Source: Felis catus
Taxonomy: Eukaryota
DNA: 64,000 bases
Assembly (NCBI RefSeq): GCF_018350175.1
Contig: NC_058375.1
Location: 4,898,001-4,962,000 of the forward strand
Direction of reading: 5' to 3'
Numbering within the stretch: the stretch's first letter is position 1; each line of letters begins with the position of its first letter. Under the pieces are notes generated by a model that did no database searches, was not told the DNA's origin, and was given only the letters and a program-made list of their open reading frames with translations. Position numbers and translations under genes: made by a program. Below are positions 10,091-22,800 of the stretch, piece by piece.

Positions 10091-12489
10091 AAGTGTTTGC
10101 CCAGACATCAGTTGCTCCTGGGCATTCCTGGGGGGATTTGTGTTTTTTTCAGATCAAGTCAGCACAGACCGTCCATCTGTCAGCCAGCTGTCCGGTGCTT
10201 TCTCCCCCATTGTGACAGGTACTGAAGGTGCAGTGACGTGAACATGAACATTCCCTATCTCACGGCAGGACACAAAATCAAGTGTGCTACTCTAACACCA
10301 GGTCACCAGGAGTGTGCTGGGAGTCCTTGCGTGGAACCTACAGGAAGGGCACCTGAGGCAGACTTGGTCGTAAAGAGGAGACATAAACATGGGGCACGAG
10401 GCACTGGTGGGAGCTAGATAGTAACAGGTTGGGGTGGGACATAGCAAGGGGCAGTGACAGGGTCTGTTGAAAAATAGCTAATGTGATTTAAAGCCACAGG
10501 TGGCCAGAATTGCGACATGTCAGAATCTCTCCCAGCCCTGTGCAGACCAGATGTTCGCCTCCCGGAGACCAGGCCTTCTCTGCTCTGATCACGAGGCACG
10601 CCTCGCCACAGACGTCCTGCCTTTGGAACCAGTGGGTGGCACTGCACAGAGGCCGTTGGCTCAACTGTGGATAGCATGGACAAAGGCATCCTTCCCCACT
10701 GAGCCGGTGCTGTGGTGGACAGGAACCCCCGGCCTGGACCATCTGCCTGGCAGAAATGTCAGTCATCCCCTCTGATTGGAATTTTCGGCAGCGAACAGAA
10801 AGTTTAGTTTTGCTGACACGTTTGTACCGTGTCCAAGAAGGAAGAGTTGCTTTGACTTCCCGACGAACTGCCTGGAAGCCGGAAGCCTGTTGTGAGCACA
10901 GCAGAGGCGGTAACAAGGTTATGTTTTTGGACTCAGCCTCATTAGAAGTGATGTTCTTTATTTGGACACTTAGGCCACATATTAAAAAGAAAAAAAAAAA
11001 GCACCTCTTTCAGAAGTAGGAATGATATTGTAGTTACCGCATTAGGAATTAACAGGGCATGAGATAACGGGCTGCCTCATGGCGATGCCAGATCGTTCCA
11101 GCCCTGCTGGCAGCCTTAAGATAAATAGATATCTCGCTTGCAGCCGATGGAGTATATTTAAAATAGCCAGCCGCAAACATGTATGGAGCCCAGATCAAGT
11201 TTGGAAGGCAGCAGCGCAGAGACAAGGAGGTCAGCTGGCTCGTGAAACGGCCGAGCAGCTGAAGCTCTCAGGGGGCCAGGCGAGTCGGTGTGTTGCCGCC
11301 TTGTGTTTTTGATAGAATCAATGCTTCTTGCTTTTCGTGGATGATCGTGTGGCTCTGGTGCGTGGACATGCTGCCTCACTCCGCTCCCCCCCAGACTCGC
11401 CACGCGCCCGCCAGTCTGTACGGTGCGGCATTTCTGGCTCAGAACCCGCGTTCTCCCACATCGACGTTGAGGTCATGGTAGCCTTGGAACTTCGGAAACT
11501 TCCAGGAGCGTCTTCCCTGGCCTCCCCCAGTCGGCAGTAGTCATTCCCTCCCTTTAATTTGTGTACCTTCCTTCAGGATGCGTTCTCTCTGACTTTCCAC
11601 TAGCCCTGTCCGGTTCGATAAACACGTATTAAGTATCCAGTATCTTCTAGATGTGAGAAGGTCTGTATCTGGTATCCAGGCACTTGATGGCCTATTAAGG
11701 GCAGAATAGGGAGAGGCAGGTAGGACACAGCATCGTACTTGAGAAACTTACAGAAACACGTATCAGGTCATTTCAGTGAGGTGTGGTAACCAGTAACCCC
11801 GGAGGCTTTGGAGGGTTGGAATGGGCTTGTTTCCCCTCCGAGGACAGGGTCTGCACCGCCACCCAGAGGCTCATGCCACGAGTGCTGGATATGCTGCATG
11901 AGCAGCTCCTTTCATGGGTGTCCCCTCATCTGAGCCTCACCCAACCCTGTGGTTCCGTCGTATGAGTCGGGTGTGTTTATCCCCACGGGGACTCGCCCTC
12001 GGCTCTTCGATTTCCAAACCCGCCACCCCCTCTCTTGTGTCCGGCACTGGTGGTTGAGGTGTCCTGGTCTCATGATGCCTCCAGTGGAGCGAGCCAGCCT
12101 GTCCGGCGGCACCTTGGAGGATCTCCCCGAGCTCTCTTCTGACTTTTAATCATCTGAGTTTTTGTGCAGCGTTCTGCTGGCATGCTTGCACGTTAAAACT
12201 CAATTTCCTGTTACCTGGATGTGTTTTGGTAGAATCAATTCAGGAACTCAAATCCATAGTCTTTCTTTAATTTCTAATTACTTAGCATCCCTGGTGACAT
12301 GTCCCTACCCAACTCGTATAATTAAATTTTAACTAATAAATAACATTAAACTAGCTACGCTTTGAAATGGCAATAGCCTCTGTTCACCTTCTGCTGAGCT
12401 CATGGAGGCCTGGCCACGGTGGTGGTTTTGCTTCTTTTTCTTAAGGCTCTGCCTTCCCTGACCAAAGGCAGTTAACAGCAGCAATGACA

Positions 12490-12740
12490 ACTATGGCATC
12501 ATTCATCGAACACCTACTGAATACCTGTTCCTGTCCCCATCGCTTTATGGGTGCCATCTTGTCCAATGACTTGGCAACATTCCCATTTAGCAGGCCATGC
12601 CATTTTCCTCATTCTTGCAGAAGATGTACTTAATTTTTAGAAGATTAAGAAATATATCTAAGGACGCCCAGCTGGTCTGTAACAGAGTCAACACACTACC
12701 CCGGGTCTGTCTGATTGCAAATCCCCAGTTTCCTCATCGC
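12490..12740 (-). mobile_element. MIR
   Basis: cctcattcttgcagaagatgtacttaatttttagaagattaagaaatatatctaaggacgcccagctgg. Confidence 0.6.
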
Positions 12741-13305
12741 CATACCACATCGGCTTTCAGAACACCCGATACTCCGGAGATGTGTGCTTAGACCAGGGAG
12801 GTCTAGGAGCACGGGCTTCAAGATGCAGCACGGGGCACCCACGCACGAGTCTCAAGTGAGATGGGGGGATGAGGAAGGTCTTTCGGTACAAGTGGTGGTC
12901 CCCTTCCAATCACTGGGCCTCCCTTCTTTATAACCCCAGAGAGTCAAAAGAGCAAGAGCCCCTCCCTGACTGTTCCCCAAGCCCAGGAACCTGGCGCCCT
13001 CAGGTCCCCGGGGACTTCAGGAAGAAGACGTGGGGGCCTTTTGCCATCCACTTCAGTGGCTGCGAGTTCGTCCTCCAACACTCTGAATACCTACAGGGCC
13101 TGTTGTCACTCCTTGGCTCTCATTTCACCCAGGTCCTGTGGGAGCTTTTTCTATCCCCATGTCAGCCTTAATTGAGAGACAACAAGTTGTGTTTATCCAT
13201 CCCACTATGAATTGCCAGTTTCTATCCATCCCGAGCTACAGCTCTCAAGCTTCCAGGACACGTTGACTTTGGCACGCGGGGTCCGAGTGTTCACTCTCCC
13301 TATGC

Positions 13306-13337
13306 AGGGTTGCCAGATTTAGTGCACTCCCATGTAG

Positions 13338-13383
<46 letters not shown>

Positions 13384-13547
13384 ACATAATGTCCTGTGAA
13401 ATTTGAATGTCAGATAAGCAATACATAACTTTTCAGTACAAATATGGCCCGTGTAATTATCTGGGACATACTTATGCTGAGGTCTTATTTGCTGCTTGTC
13501 TGAAACGCATATTGGGCTGGGTATCCCGTATTTTATCTGGCCCCCCT
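13306..13547. mobile_element. MER53 palindromic hAT MITE with an internal (CA)n
   Basis: agggttgccagattt...aaatttgaatgtcagataagc...gggacatacttatgct...gtattttatctggcccccct matches recalled MER53. Confidence 0.85.
13340..13379. repeat. (AC)20 microsatellite
   Basis: Perfect dinucleotide run. Confidence 0.97.
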
Positions 13548-15589
13548 CTGACCATCGGAGCAGTTTCCTTGGAGTCTTTGCAGACAGAGATTTGGCTGCT
13601 TGGGTATTGGTCTCGTTGAGGACTTGAGGAAGTGAGTTGGTTTATCTCCAGACACATAATCGATGCAGGAACCATAAAAACCAGGAAGGACGCTGGCCAC
13701 CGCTGAGAAGAGACGGCACTCCTGGCAGTGTGACAGCAAACCCAAGGGCCGCCGGGCCCGGGGACCCTCTTATTCTCTCTGAAAAAAGACTCTGGGGGCC
13801 ACTTGGACCGCTGGCAGCCCAGGCCTTGCCCTTCGAGGCTGCTCCCCCAAGGAAGCAGGACCCTGGCAGTGGTGAAGAGGTACCAGGAAGATGTTGAAGG
13901 AAATGGGTTTGTCGTTTCTGCCTTCCTCACGTCTCTGGTAGATTACAGTCTGTAAAATATTTTGCGATTTCCTTTTTTAAACTTGATTTGAGCCTTATTG
14001 AGCTAGAAACTCCCTGTCGAAGGTAGAGCAGCAAGACATCAACTTGGTATGCTGAACTTGTACTTAATTATTATCATAACAGTCCCTTAACATGATTGCA
14101 GATTAGCCCACAAGGACATGAATGGGAATTTTAGCATATTCAATTACAATGGAAACTCTTGAACACCACTGTCAAAATTCACCCCAGGGCCTTTCTATTT
14201 GGGCCCCAACATACAGCAGGCACAAAGTTAGATGTTACTCAGGACACATAACCTTGATTTTTGTAAGCATAATTTACGGCCTCATCCAGAAGCTGGGGAT
14301 GCCTTTTAAGAACGTGATATATATTCCACCCACCTCGGTAAATGACCAGATACAGCTGCTTGGGTTGGGTAAAGAATATCTCTGGCCTTCACTTGACCGA
14401 ATAGTAAATTATTGATCTTCTCCACATCTTTCAATGCCCTGACATTGCTGGGGAAATTTACTCCTGTCATCTGCAGCTGTGGCCTCTCTCCGTGTGGTGC
14501 TCTCCATGCTCAGAGGGCACGAATCTCCAGCCCATCCTAGGACAGTCACGCCTGACCCCTGTAGTTGACACGGGTTAGTCACTGACACAGGGAAGGCATA
14601 TGATTTGCAAACTAACGAGGCCCAAGTTTCTGTGTCTGTTTCCCACAGACCAGCAAAAATCACGGGGAAGACAGAGGCGTGACGGAGGGCTTCTGCGCAC
14701 CCAGTAGGAATGGCAGGGGAAGGCGTCGGTGCATAAAGGCAAGAAGTGAACAGCTCTTCCCACAGCACTAGGGCAGAGACCGCTTTGGCGGTGGGCTGGC
14801 TCCGGTCTCCTTGTTTCTTCTGCACACGCGTTGGGGTTCTGGCTGCTAAGCCGCCCTCTGCTTGCCCTTCCTGGATGCAAACCCACACCATAGATGGAAA
14901 GCTGGTGATTTCCTGAAAGCACCTTTCTGGCTCTTGTTTTCCTCCAGGACAGGGGGAGTGACCTTCCATTTCCTCTTTGCGCATCTGAATTCCAACACCT
15001 TGTAATGCTTTCTGCTCTTCAGGACGTGCCTGTACGCTCGTATCTCACTCATGCAAAACCCGGGGGCCACGTGGGCACGTACACAGCCATGTTGCCACTT
15101 GCTACCTGCAGTGTGGCCCACTGGTCAGCCCGGTCAACCTCACCTGGGAGCTCACGAGGACAGCACACTCTCAGAACCCAACCTGATCTCCTGAGTCAAG
15201 ATCCGCCTTTTAGGAAGATACTAAAAGTATCGTAGGCACTAGAAGGGATTGACCCTCGCCATTCTCTTTTCTTCCCTTGGTCACTCAGCCGTAGGGTCGT
15301 GGGTGTTGTGTTTTTTAATCTTATGTTAAGAAAAATATCCAAAGGAAAATTTCACAAGTTGGTCTGGTAATTTATTACTTGACTCCCAGCACCTTTTGAA
15401 AACTTGTAGGTGAAATCTCTGATCAGACGGTTTGAGCCTACCACTCTTTATTCTGCCCTTGGCCATGAAGGAGAGAGAAGAGCGGGTTTCTCTCCGACAG
15501 TGGAGCTCGCCAGCGGGCGCTGACTGAGCGGCTCCCTCGCCCTCTTCCCCGGGTGGACGAGCCCTGTTCCTGCTTTGTTTGTCTCCACC

Positions 15590-15685
15590 CAGCAGGGCAC
15601 GTTCATCCCCTGCTGAGCCCAGCACTTGGCATGGTACCTGGTGCATATTTGGTGCCCAATAAACATTTTTTGAGTGAATGGATAA
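15590..15685 (+). mobile_element. L2 3' end
   Basis: cttggcatggtacctggtgcatatttggtgcccaataaacattttttgagtgaatgg. Confidence 0.75.
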
Positions 15686-15872
15686 GGTGATGGACTTCCA
15701 CGAAGGGTCAGACAGTAAATAGTTTCAATTTTGCTGGCCAGATGGTCTTGTCACACTGCTGCTGTATGAAAGCAACCATAGACAATAGTTAAAGAACGGA
15801 TGTGACTGTGTTCCAGTAAAACTTTATTTACAAAAATAGACTGAGGGCCGGATTTGGACTGGTCGACTCCTG
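15686..15872. mobile_element. MER58A hAT-Charlie MITE
   Basis: aagggtcagacagtaaatag...gcaaccatagacaat...ctgtgttccagtaaaactttatttacaaaaatag...gggccggatttgg...cgactcctg. Confidence 0.85.
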
Positions 15873-16051
15873 TTCTCGATTATGGCAGCAGGTTCTAGAA
15901 GGATCAGGGTACAATGGGAACCAGTGAGAGATTGATGGGGGATGATTAGGGACTTGCCTCTCACACGTGAGCACTGCCATGTTTTTAGACTTACGTTTGC
16001 AGCCTGACAGTGTTCAGGCTCGGCTTATAATTCTGTAAGGAATCAACACTT

Positions 16052-16256
16052 AAAATTTTCTTTTTTTTTTATTTTAGAGAGAGAGAAAGGTAGCATGAGC
16101 AGGGGAGAAGGGCAGAGGGAGAGAGAGAGATTCTTAAGCAGGCTCCATGCTCAGCCCTGGGCTCTATGCAGGGTTTGCTCCCCTGACCCTCGGGATCATG
16201 ACCTGAGCCAAAATCTAGAGTTGGACGCTCAACTGACTGAGCCACCCAGGTGCCCC
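16052..16256 (-). mobile_element. CAN-SINE (older type)
   Basis: Ends gactgagccacccaggtgcccc; TSD aggaat(c/t)aacactt at 16038-16051 and 16257-16270. Confidence 0.96.
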
Positions 16257-18983
16257 AGGAATTAACACTTCTGTTCATGACACAGTGTCACATCAGACAG
16301 TGTTGTTCATCACAACGCTGTTCCGGTGGAGTTAGGATGTCTTTCTCTTTCTTTTTAGTGGTAACATGTCCATGTGGCATGGGTTTATTTGTTCTCAGTC
16401 TGAAGAAGCTAGGAGGCGTCCTTGCAAGGGCAGTTGGGTCCTGTTTCTCCCACAAGCCGAGGACATTGCTCCATAGTGCTGTGGAGAGGGCAGGGCAGGT
16501 CCCCAGGATGCACTCTGAGCTCCAGGGATCTCTTCAGGGACAGCAGAGCCAAAGGAATATGACCTTGGTGTGACCGGGTGGGTCAAAGGATCAGGCTTTC
16601 ATGGCAGGAGGGAAAGGCTGAACCCCATGCATCTTCGGGTCTGAAGTGCTTTGAAAGTAGCCTGGCCGCGTTTGATGTGACAACGTCCCCCTAGAATAGA
16701 GGCCGTAGGGAGGGTACAGATGTTATTCGTCCGTGTTTAAGTATTTACATGACAGCACGAGAAACCTGGGCACTTTCTCTTTCATCTTTGCTGCCACAAT
16801 TTATGTACAGTTTTATGATGGATGCGAGAGGTAGACATTTATTACAAAAGTGTAAGAGATGTTGACTCTTCACGAATTGATTATTTAGAATTTATTTTAT
16901 TAAATATTCTAGGTGGCGTGTGATAAACTGAACCTCTGCTGGTTTGCAGCTTAATGATTCATGTATCTGCGGCAGTGATAAGGAAATCAAGGACTGCGTT
17001 TGCCATTTCGGGGGAAGAATGTGGACTATTATTAAATCTGGAATGGGCCTCTCGAGAAGCCCTCCTTAAGGGAGCACACGTATCAATAATTTCTTCTCCA
17101 TACGAGAATCCTAATGTTTCACTTATGGAAACATAAATTCTGAGCAAGTGGCTGTGGTTTTTCCCTCCCTTTGGCTCCTAATATCCTGTACTCATGGCTG
17201 ACCAGCTCCTACTCCTCGGTTACTGTCTAGTGTCCAGAGTCCTTCAGTCTCTGTGTCTTCATCCTCCGATTTCTAGTTTTTCATGCTTTTACAAAGCTCT
17301 GCTGAGGTCGATGCATTTCAGCAACTGAGATGCTGGCAGAGACCAGGAGAGTGTCCCTTTTGTTTGAAACGCCCTGAAAGATTTGTTGAAGTCTTGGAGG
17401 AGACGACGAGTGACTGGGACATCTCAGAAGTCTGATGGAAGTGTGGTCAGCCCATGTAGGGTCTAGGCTGCTGCCCTGAACCCATTCGTGTGGCAAAGCC
17501 CATCTGGTGAGTTGCGTCTGTACGGAGGACAGCGGATGGGAACACCCTGGAGCTGTGCCCATTCTCAGGGGACACGGAACCCGGGAAACTTAGCAGGTGT
17601 GGCTGTCCTGTCACCTCGGGACAGAGGGCAGGCAGAACTCCTGGGGGATATCTAATGAGAGTGACAAATCTGCATGCCTCATGGTGATATTTTGAAGGTA
17701 TCAGGGTTGTCTGGTAGCTTGAGTTGCAAAATACTCCCTGACTTCTTCCTCTTTCCACAACATTGGACAGGTGGCTAAATGCTGTAGTCTTTACTGTAGG
17801 AGTTTGTGGGAAGCTAGGTTGGGGAACCCAAGACTTCCTGTTTCTGCCCAGGTTCCTTATTCATCCACGTGTGGAGCAGCCCAGTCGCACGCTCAGTCCT
17901 TCCGTGGTGTGATGCCCCGACACCGATATTGTACTTGAATCCCTCATTTTGTTGCGAACATGGAATTAGACCTACTTGTCAGCATCGTGCCATTTTAGGT
18001 TCCGTTTCCCCGAAGAATGCACACGGAACTGTTCACAGTTATTCCTCACAAGTGGAACCTGCTTGGCTCTTGTCAGGACAGGGAAGTCCAGGAGGAAGTG
18101 AGCTCGCTCCTGAGCTTTGGTTCTTTCGTGGCTCTGAGGTAGTTGTTAGAGTCTACACTGCAGTCCCCACATACAGGTGGGCATAAGAGCGGCTCCCTCG
18201 GCCGGTACAGGGTTGTGTTTGGTTGTTGTGCTCTCATGGAATTCATTGTCCCTTGACGGCCAGCTCTCAGAGCCCCCAGAACCGGCAGTGGGTTTGGACA
18301 CGCTCCCGTTTTCTTGTTTGCTTGGTCCGCTTCTGTCTCACCAGCACTGAACACGGGAGGGACTCAGTTTCTGTTTGTGGGACGCCTGAACGAGTGTGTG
18401 GAGAGCTGGCCCATCAGGGTTTCGAGCGCCTGATGGCAGGCCGGGTCCCGGGACCCTGGAGCGGAGCCGTGCAAGGCGTGTGTACTCGGACACCTGCCGT
18501 GACTGGGGACAGCCCCCTCCTGTGTGCGGAGCCCCCTCGCTTGCCTTTTCCTGGGAGGCAGCGAAGTAAGCGTCATGGAAGCAGCTTCCTTTCCCAATTA
18601 ATGAACACTCTCAGACATGATATGAAATGTTTGGAAACGAGATGCAGCACAGTATTTTGCCCGTATTTTTTTTTTTTTTTCGTTTCACAACACCTGGCAA
18701 TAAAATTCCCGGGCTAAATACCAGATGAGTGTGCGCCTCATTATGTATAGTAACTTCGTCTATAACTTTTTTAAGCCCTCCAGATGGAAGCACGGTATAA
18801 ATGTGGAGAGCTTGAGAGGGGAAATGAAAATAAATGCACTAAGAAATAAAGAATCTGTTTTTTATACTTTCTTTTGCAAATAGTGTTTGCAATGACATAT
18901 TGTGAATGGACTGAATTATAACAAAAACGGAAATGAAACAGAGCTCGGGGGTAGAAAGAGCAATTGTTACACTCACTTTAACT

Positions 18984-19131
18984 NNNNNNNNNNNNNNNNN
19001 NNNNNNNNNNNNNNNNNNNNNNNNNNNNNNNNNNNNNNNNNNNNNNNNNNNNNNNNNNNNNNNNNNNNNNNNNNNNNNNNNNNNNNNNNNNNNNNNNNNN
19101 NNNNNNNNNNNNNNNNNNNNNNNNNNNNNNN
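18984..19131. other. N gap, 148 nt
   Basis: Run of N. Confidence 1.
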
Positions 19132-19689
19132 TTTCGGTCGGAGATACTTTTGTTTTGTTTTTCCTCACCCCTGGTATTGAATGAGCGAGGCTGGTTCCTC
19201 CAGCGGCGACCTCTGTTCCCAAACAAGGTACTCCTCCCAGAGATCAATGGACCTTCGATAGAGTTCCTTTCTCTGCCTCAGGGCCATCTTTTGCTGCACA
19301 AACAAGGTTAGGATTCGGGGCTATTTACATTTGGTATTTGACCGTATCTTGTGCTTTGAGTATCAGGAGAGGATAGCAAGTGTGATAGCAGCTCACAGAT
19401 GTTTGCAAGCATTTAGGCAATGAAACTATTTCCAAGGCTGTGTATTTCAAGATCCTTATTTAATTTATTCTGCTTAATTATCCTTTCTTGCATTTTTAAT
19501 GCTCCTAATATGATAATATTAAGAATTGCAGTGTGTGATTGCGTATTGCTCGTCTGAATACGTGCTAGATGTGAGAGGAAATGTGGGTTGACGCTGTGAG
19601 CCGGGACCCAGCCCCGTGCCCTCTCGTGTGCGGCTCTGTCTCCCGCAGGAGGGTCTGGGAAGGGACCGGGTCTTCACCATCCAGAGGAT

Positions 19690-19820
19690 GGAGCATTTCT
19701 CAAACTTTACTGTGCGTGCAAAGCCCCCTGGGGATGCTGATTCAGAGGGTCTGAGTGGAGCCTGAGCTGCTGTCTGCAGAGCGAGTGGCCGGGAGCTGCC
19801 GACGCTGCTTTGAGTAGTGC
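19690..19820. mobile_element. MER5-like hAT MITE
   Basis: tttctcaaacttt...cctggggatgctgattcagagggtctgagtggagcctgag...ctttgagtag. Confidence 0.65.
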
Positions 19821-20739
19821 AGTCACTTTGATGCGCGCCCTGAAGAGTGAACACGGGAAACCACTAGCGAGTGGCAATGACATCAGCTGGATCCCCGGGG
19901 CTGTGTCAACTAACTAGTACCCCTTACCAGCCAAAAAGAACCAACGCCTGCTGACCAAGCCATGCCCGTGGTGCCTGGCATGTGCCCTTTCTTTCTGGAG
20001 CTGAGGTTGTGGTCAGGGGTCTGACGCTGGTCTGGTTGAAAAGATCATCCTCGTTTTCCTACATGCAGAAGGCAAGCCACACCTGTGGTGCTCTCAGACG
20101 TCCTGTGTTTTCCGTTCAAAACCACAAATACTAATAAGAAAACCATGGGAGAAACCTGTTAGGTATAATGCCCAATTACAATTATTTTTTACTCCAAAAG
20201 GCACGTCAAATAAATAATGCAGTTTATGTTACTTCTAGAAAATGCAGCAGCATTAGTTAATTTACATAAATTATACAACTCATTATCTTTGTTTATAAAA
20301 AGCCTTAGCAATATTTTGGCTTATGTTCCGAAAATGGAAAAAACCCCAGATTTCACTTCAGTGTAATTTTCCTTTCCTGCAGTCACCTTTTTATTTATTT
20401 ACAGAAAGAGCGTCTGTTTGACAGATCCCCTTAGGATTACTGCCCTTTCCTCATGATGAATGGAATGCATTAAGTCTGACTTTTGTTTATAAAAAGCCAA
20501 ATAAATACAAGTGAAGGAATCCAAGCACCCGGAGCTCTGAGCTGCCATGGCGGCTTCCCCTGCCGGCTTTCCCTACTGCCCAAGGTGGGCGCCAACGTGC
20601 GCAGGGTGGGGAAGAGGCTGCGGGGACCAGGAAACTGGTTTTTCCTCCCTTCCGTCTTCCACGCAAGTCCACAGGCAGCTCGGGTTAGGTGCTGTGTTGT
20701 CTCGTCCTGATGCACCACCTGTAAGCAGACCGACTGGTC

Positions 20740-21048
20740 CCATGCTGTCCAAAGACAGCGGCCGCGAGCCACGTGTCATTATGGAGCCCCGCATTGCGCC
20801 CACTCTGATTTGCGAGGTGCCAGAAGTATAAAATACACACCACATTTCACAGCCCTACTAGGAAAAAGAAGCCCTGTTAAATAACCCGTTAATATTTGTA
20901 CTGATTACATGTTGAGATATTTTAAATACATTCGCTAAATAAAATAGATCATTAAAATCAGTTTCACCTGTTTCTTTTTCCTTCTTTACTGTCGCTGCTA
21001 GGAATTTTAAAATGTGGCTTCGTGTTTTGCTTACACTGAACAGCACTG
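20740..21048 (-). mobile_element. MER33 hAT-Charlie MITE
   Basis: Termini tgctgtccaa...ctgaacagcactg; internal aagtataaaatacacacc and attaaaatcagtttcacctgtttctttt. Confidence 0.85.
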
Positions 21049-21771
21049 GGACTGTACCATGCTAACCAAGAGGCTGAAGGCCTGGATTACTTTTAAGCGT
21101 GCCCATAATTTAGACTCTGATTCTAATTCCTCTACTGGCCCGGCATGAGGATCTGACTCGTAATCGGAAACTTATGATGCAGTGCACTTTCAAGGGCAGG
21201 TCCTGTTGGATGCTGTGGTTGGAGATTTGAAGGGCCCATAGGAGAATAACATGGTATGAGAAAATGGAGCTCTTATCCCTAAATAGCGCTTGGCTGGTGC
21301 TTCCAGCTTGAATATTAAAGTCTGCCTATGAATGGCAAGACCCAACTCCCGGGTTATTTCAGAGTGGAAACTGGTGAATCCTAAACGCTCCTTCATCATG
21401 TACCCATTTGAATGGCACAAGAAAAGCGCTGCCCTGTGGCAGGTCTGCAGAGCTGAGGTGTGCTTATTAGAGAAGGGAATGGTGGACATGATTCCTTTTG
21501 TAGGGAAACCTGTGCTCTGCCACGTGCCAGGGTATCTGGGCTTTTGATATCAATGTGTTCAAAATGGAAGCTAATGCCGGCAGGTCTTCTGTCTGGGAGA
21601 GCATAGCCTGAGACCCCAAACCCCCTGGGGTGCACCCCGGAAGGGAACACGGCCTTTACTCGTCAGTTCTGCTGGGTCCAGGTGGAGCTCTTTGCCCTCA
21701 TGGCACTTGGCATGTTAGAGACAGTGATTTCTGTCCCTCTTTAGTTGTCGATTAGTCATTTCTTTACTTCT

Positions 21772-21835
21772 CCCATCCATCCATCCATCCGTCTGTCCAT
21801 CCATCCATCCATCCATCCATCCATCCATCCATCCA
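21772..21835. repeat. (CCAT)n tetranucleotide repeat at an L2 tail
   Basis: Direct reading. Confidence 0.95.
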
Positions 21836-22360
21836 AGAAACATTATGATGAGCTCACTGCATGCCAGGCACTTTGCTAGGCATTAGAGATACAGTGATGC
21901 ACAAAGCGGATCCATTGTCTGCTCTCTTGAAACTCTCCACTGAGTGGGAGGGGGACAGACAGGGATAAGCAGCAAGTGCCTGAGGACCTTTGAGAGAAGT
22001 GCTGAGGGTGACGAGCAAGGCACATGCCCAGACCAAGAGCAATAGCCAGACATTGGGCTTTGGTGCTCTAGGATAGCCTGAACGAGGCAGGAACATTCTA
22101 CCTGAGACTCCAAGGACGAAGATCTGGGATAGGCCATTCTCAGTAAACAGGACAGAGTGAGTCTTTCAGGCAGCAAGGATCTTGGTTTCTGCTGATGGAA
22201 TGGGCCCAGTGTGCCTGGGAAGCAGGGACAAGGACAGGGTTGTGGAAGGTGTAGCTGGTAGGGCCTGGAGCCAGGTCATGTGGGGGCACAGATGGGGTAA
22301 GGATTTTGGATTCTCTTCTAAGGGATTTTAGGAAGGGTCTTAGGGATGGTGGAGAATGTT
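21836..22360 (-). mobile_element. L2 fragment
   Basis: gagctcactgcatgccaggcactttgctaggcattagagatacagtgatg antisense L2 3' end. Confidence 0.8.
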
Positions 22361-22649
22361 CTGGATGAGTAACTTGGCCCTGGGCCGATCGTTACTGGGC
22401 ATGTCACTTAATCCCTTGGGGTGTTGGCTTCCTCATCTGTGAAGTGGAATGGCTGGGGGAGAGAAGCTAGCCAGAACGTTCTTCAAGGTTTTTTTTTTCT
22501 ATGATTCAGAGAGAGTTCAGTGTCTTCTCCTTTTGGATCAGATAACTTTCATGTCCCCTGAGGCTGGTTCTGGGTGGCTTATAAGGCACTGGCATGTGAA
22601 GTCTTCAACCTTGATGTTTGTGAGTTCTTTGGCCTCATAAATTATGAGA

Positions 22650-22800
22650 AGACAGAGATCTTTGGCAGTGCATCAGAATCACTGTGAGCTGCTGGGGTTC
22701 TAAAGTGTATTCTGGGGTAGGACGTGGGCGTCTGTAGTTTTTTTAAAGAGCTCCCCAGGTGATTAATTCTGTGTATTGGCTAGGTTGGAGATCCCCTGGG
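22650..22800. mobile_element. MER5-like hAT MITE
   Basis: gcatcagaatcactg...aaagagctccccaggtgatt...ggttggagatcccctg. Confidence 0.65.
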
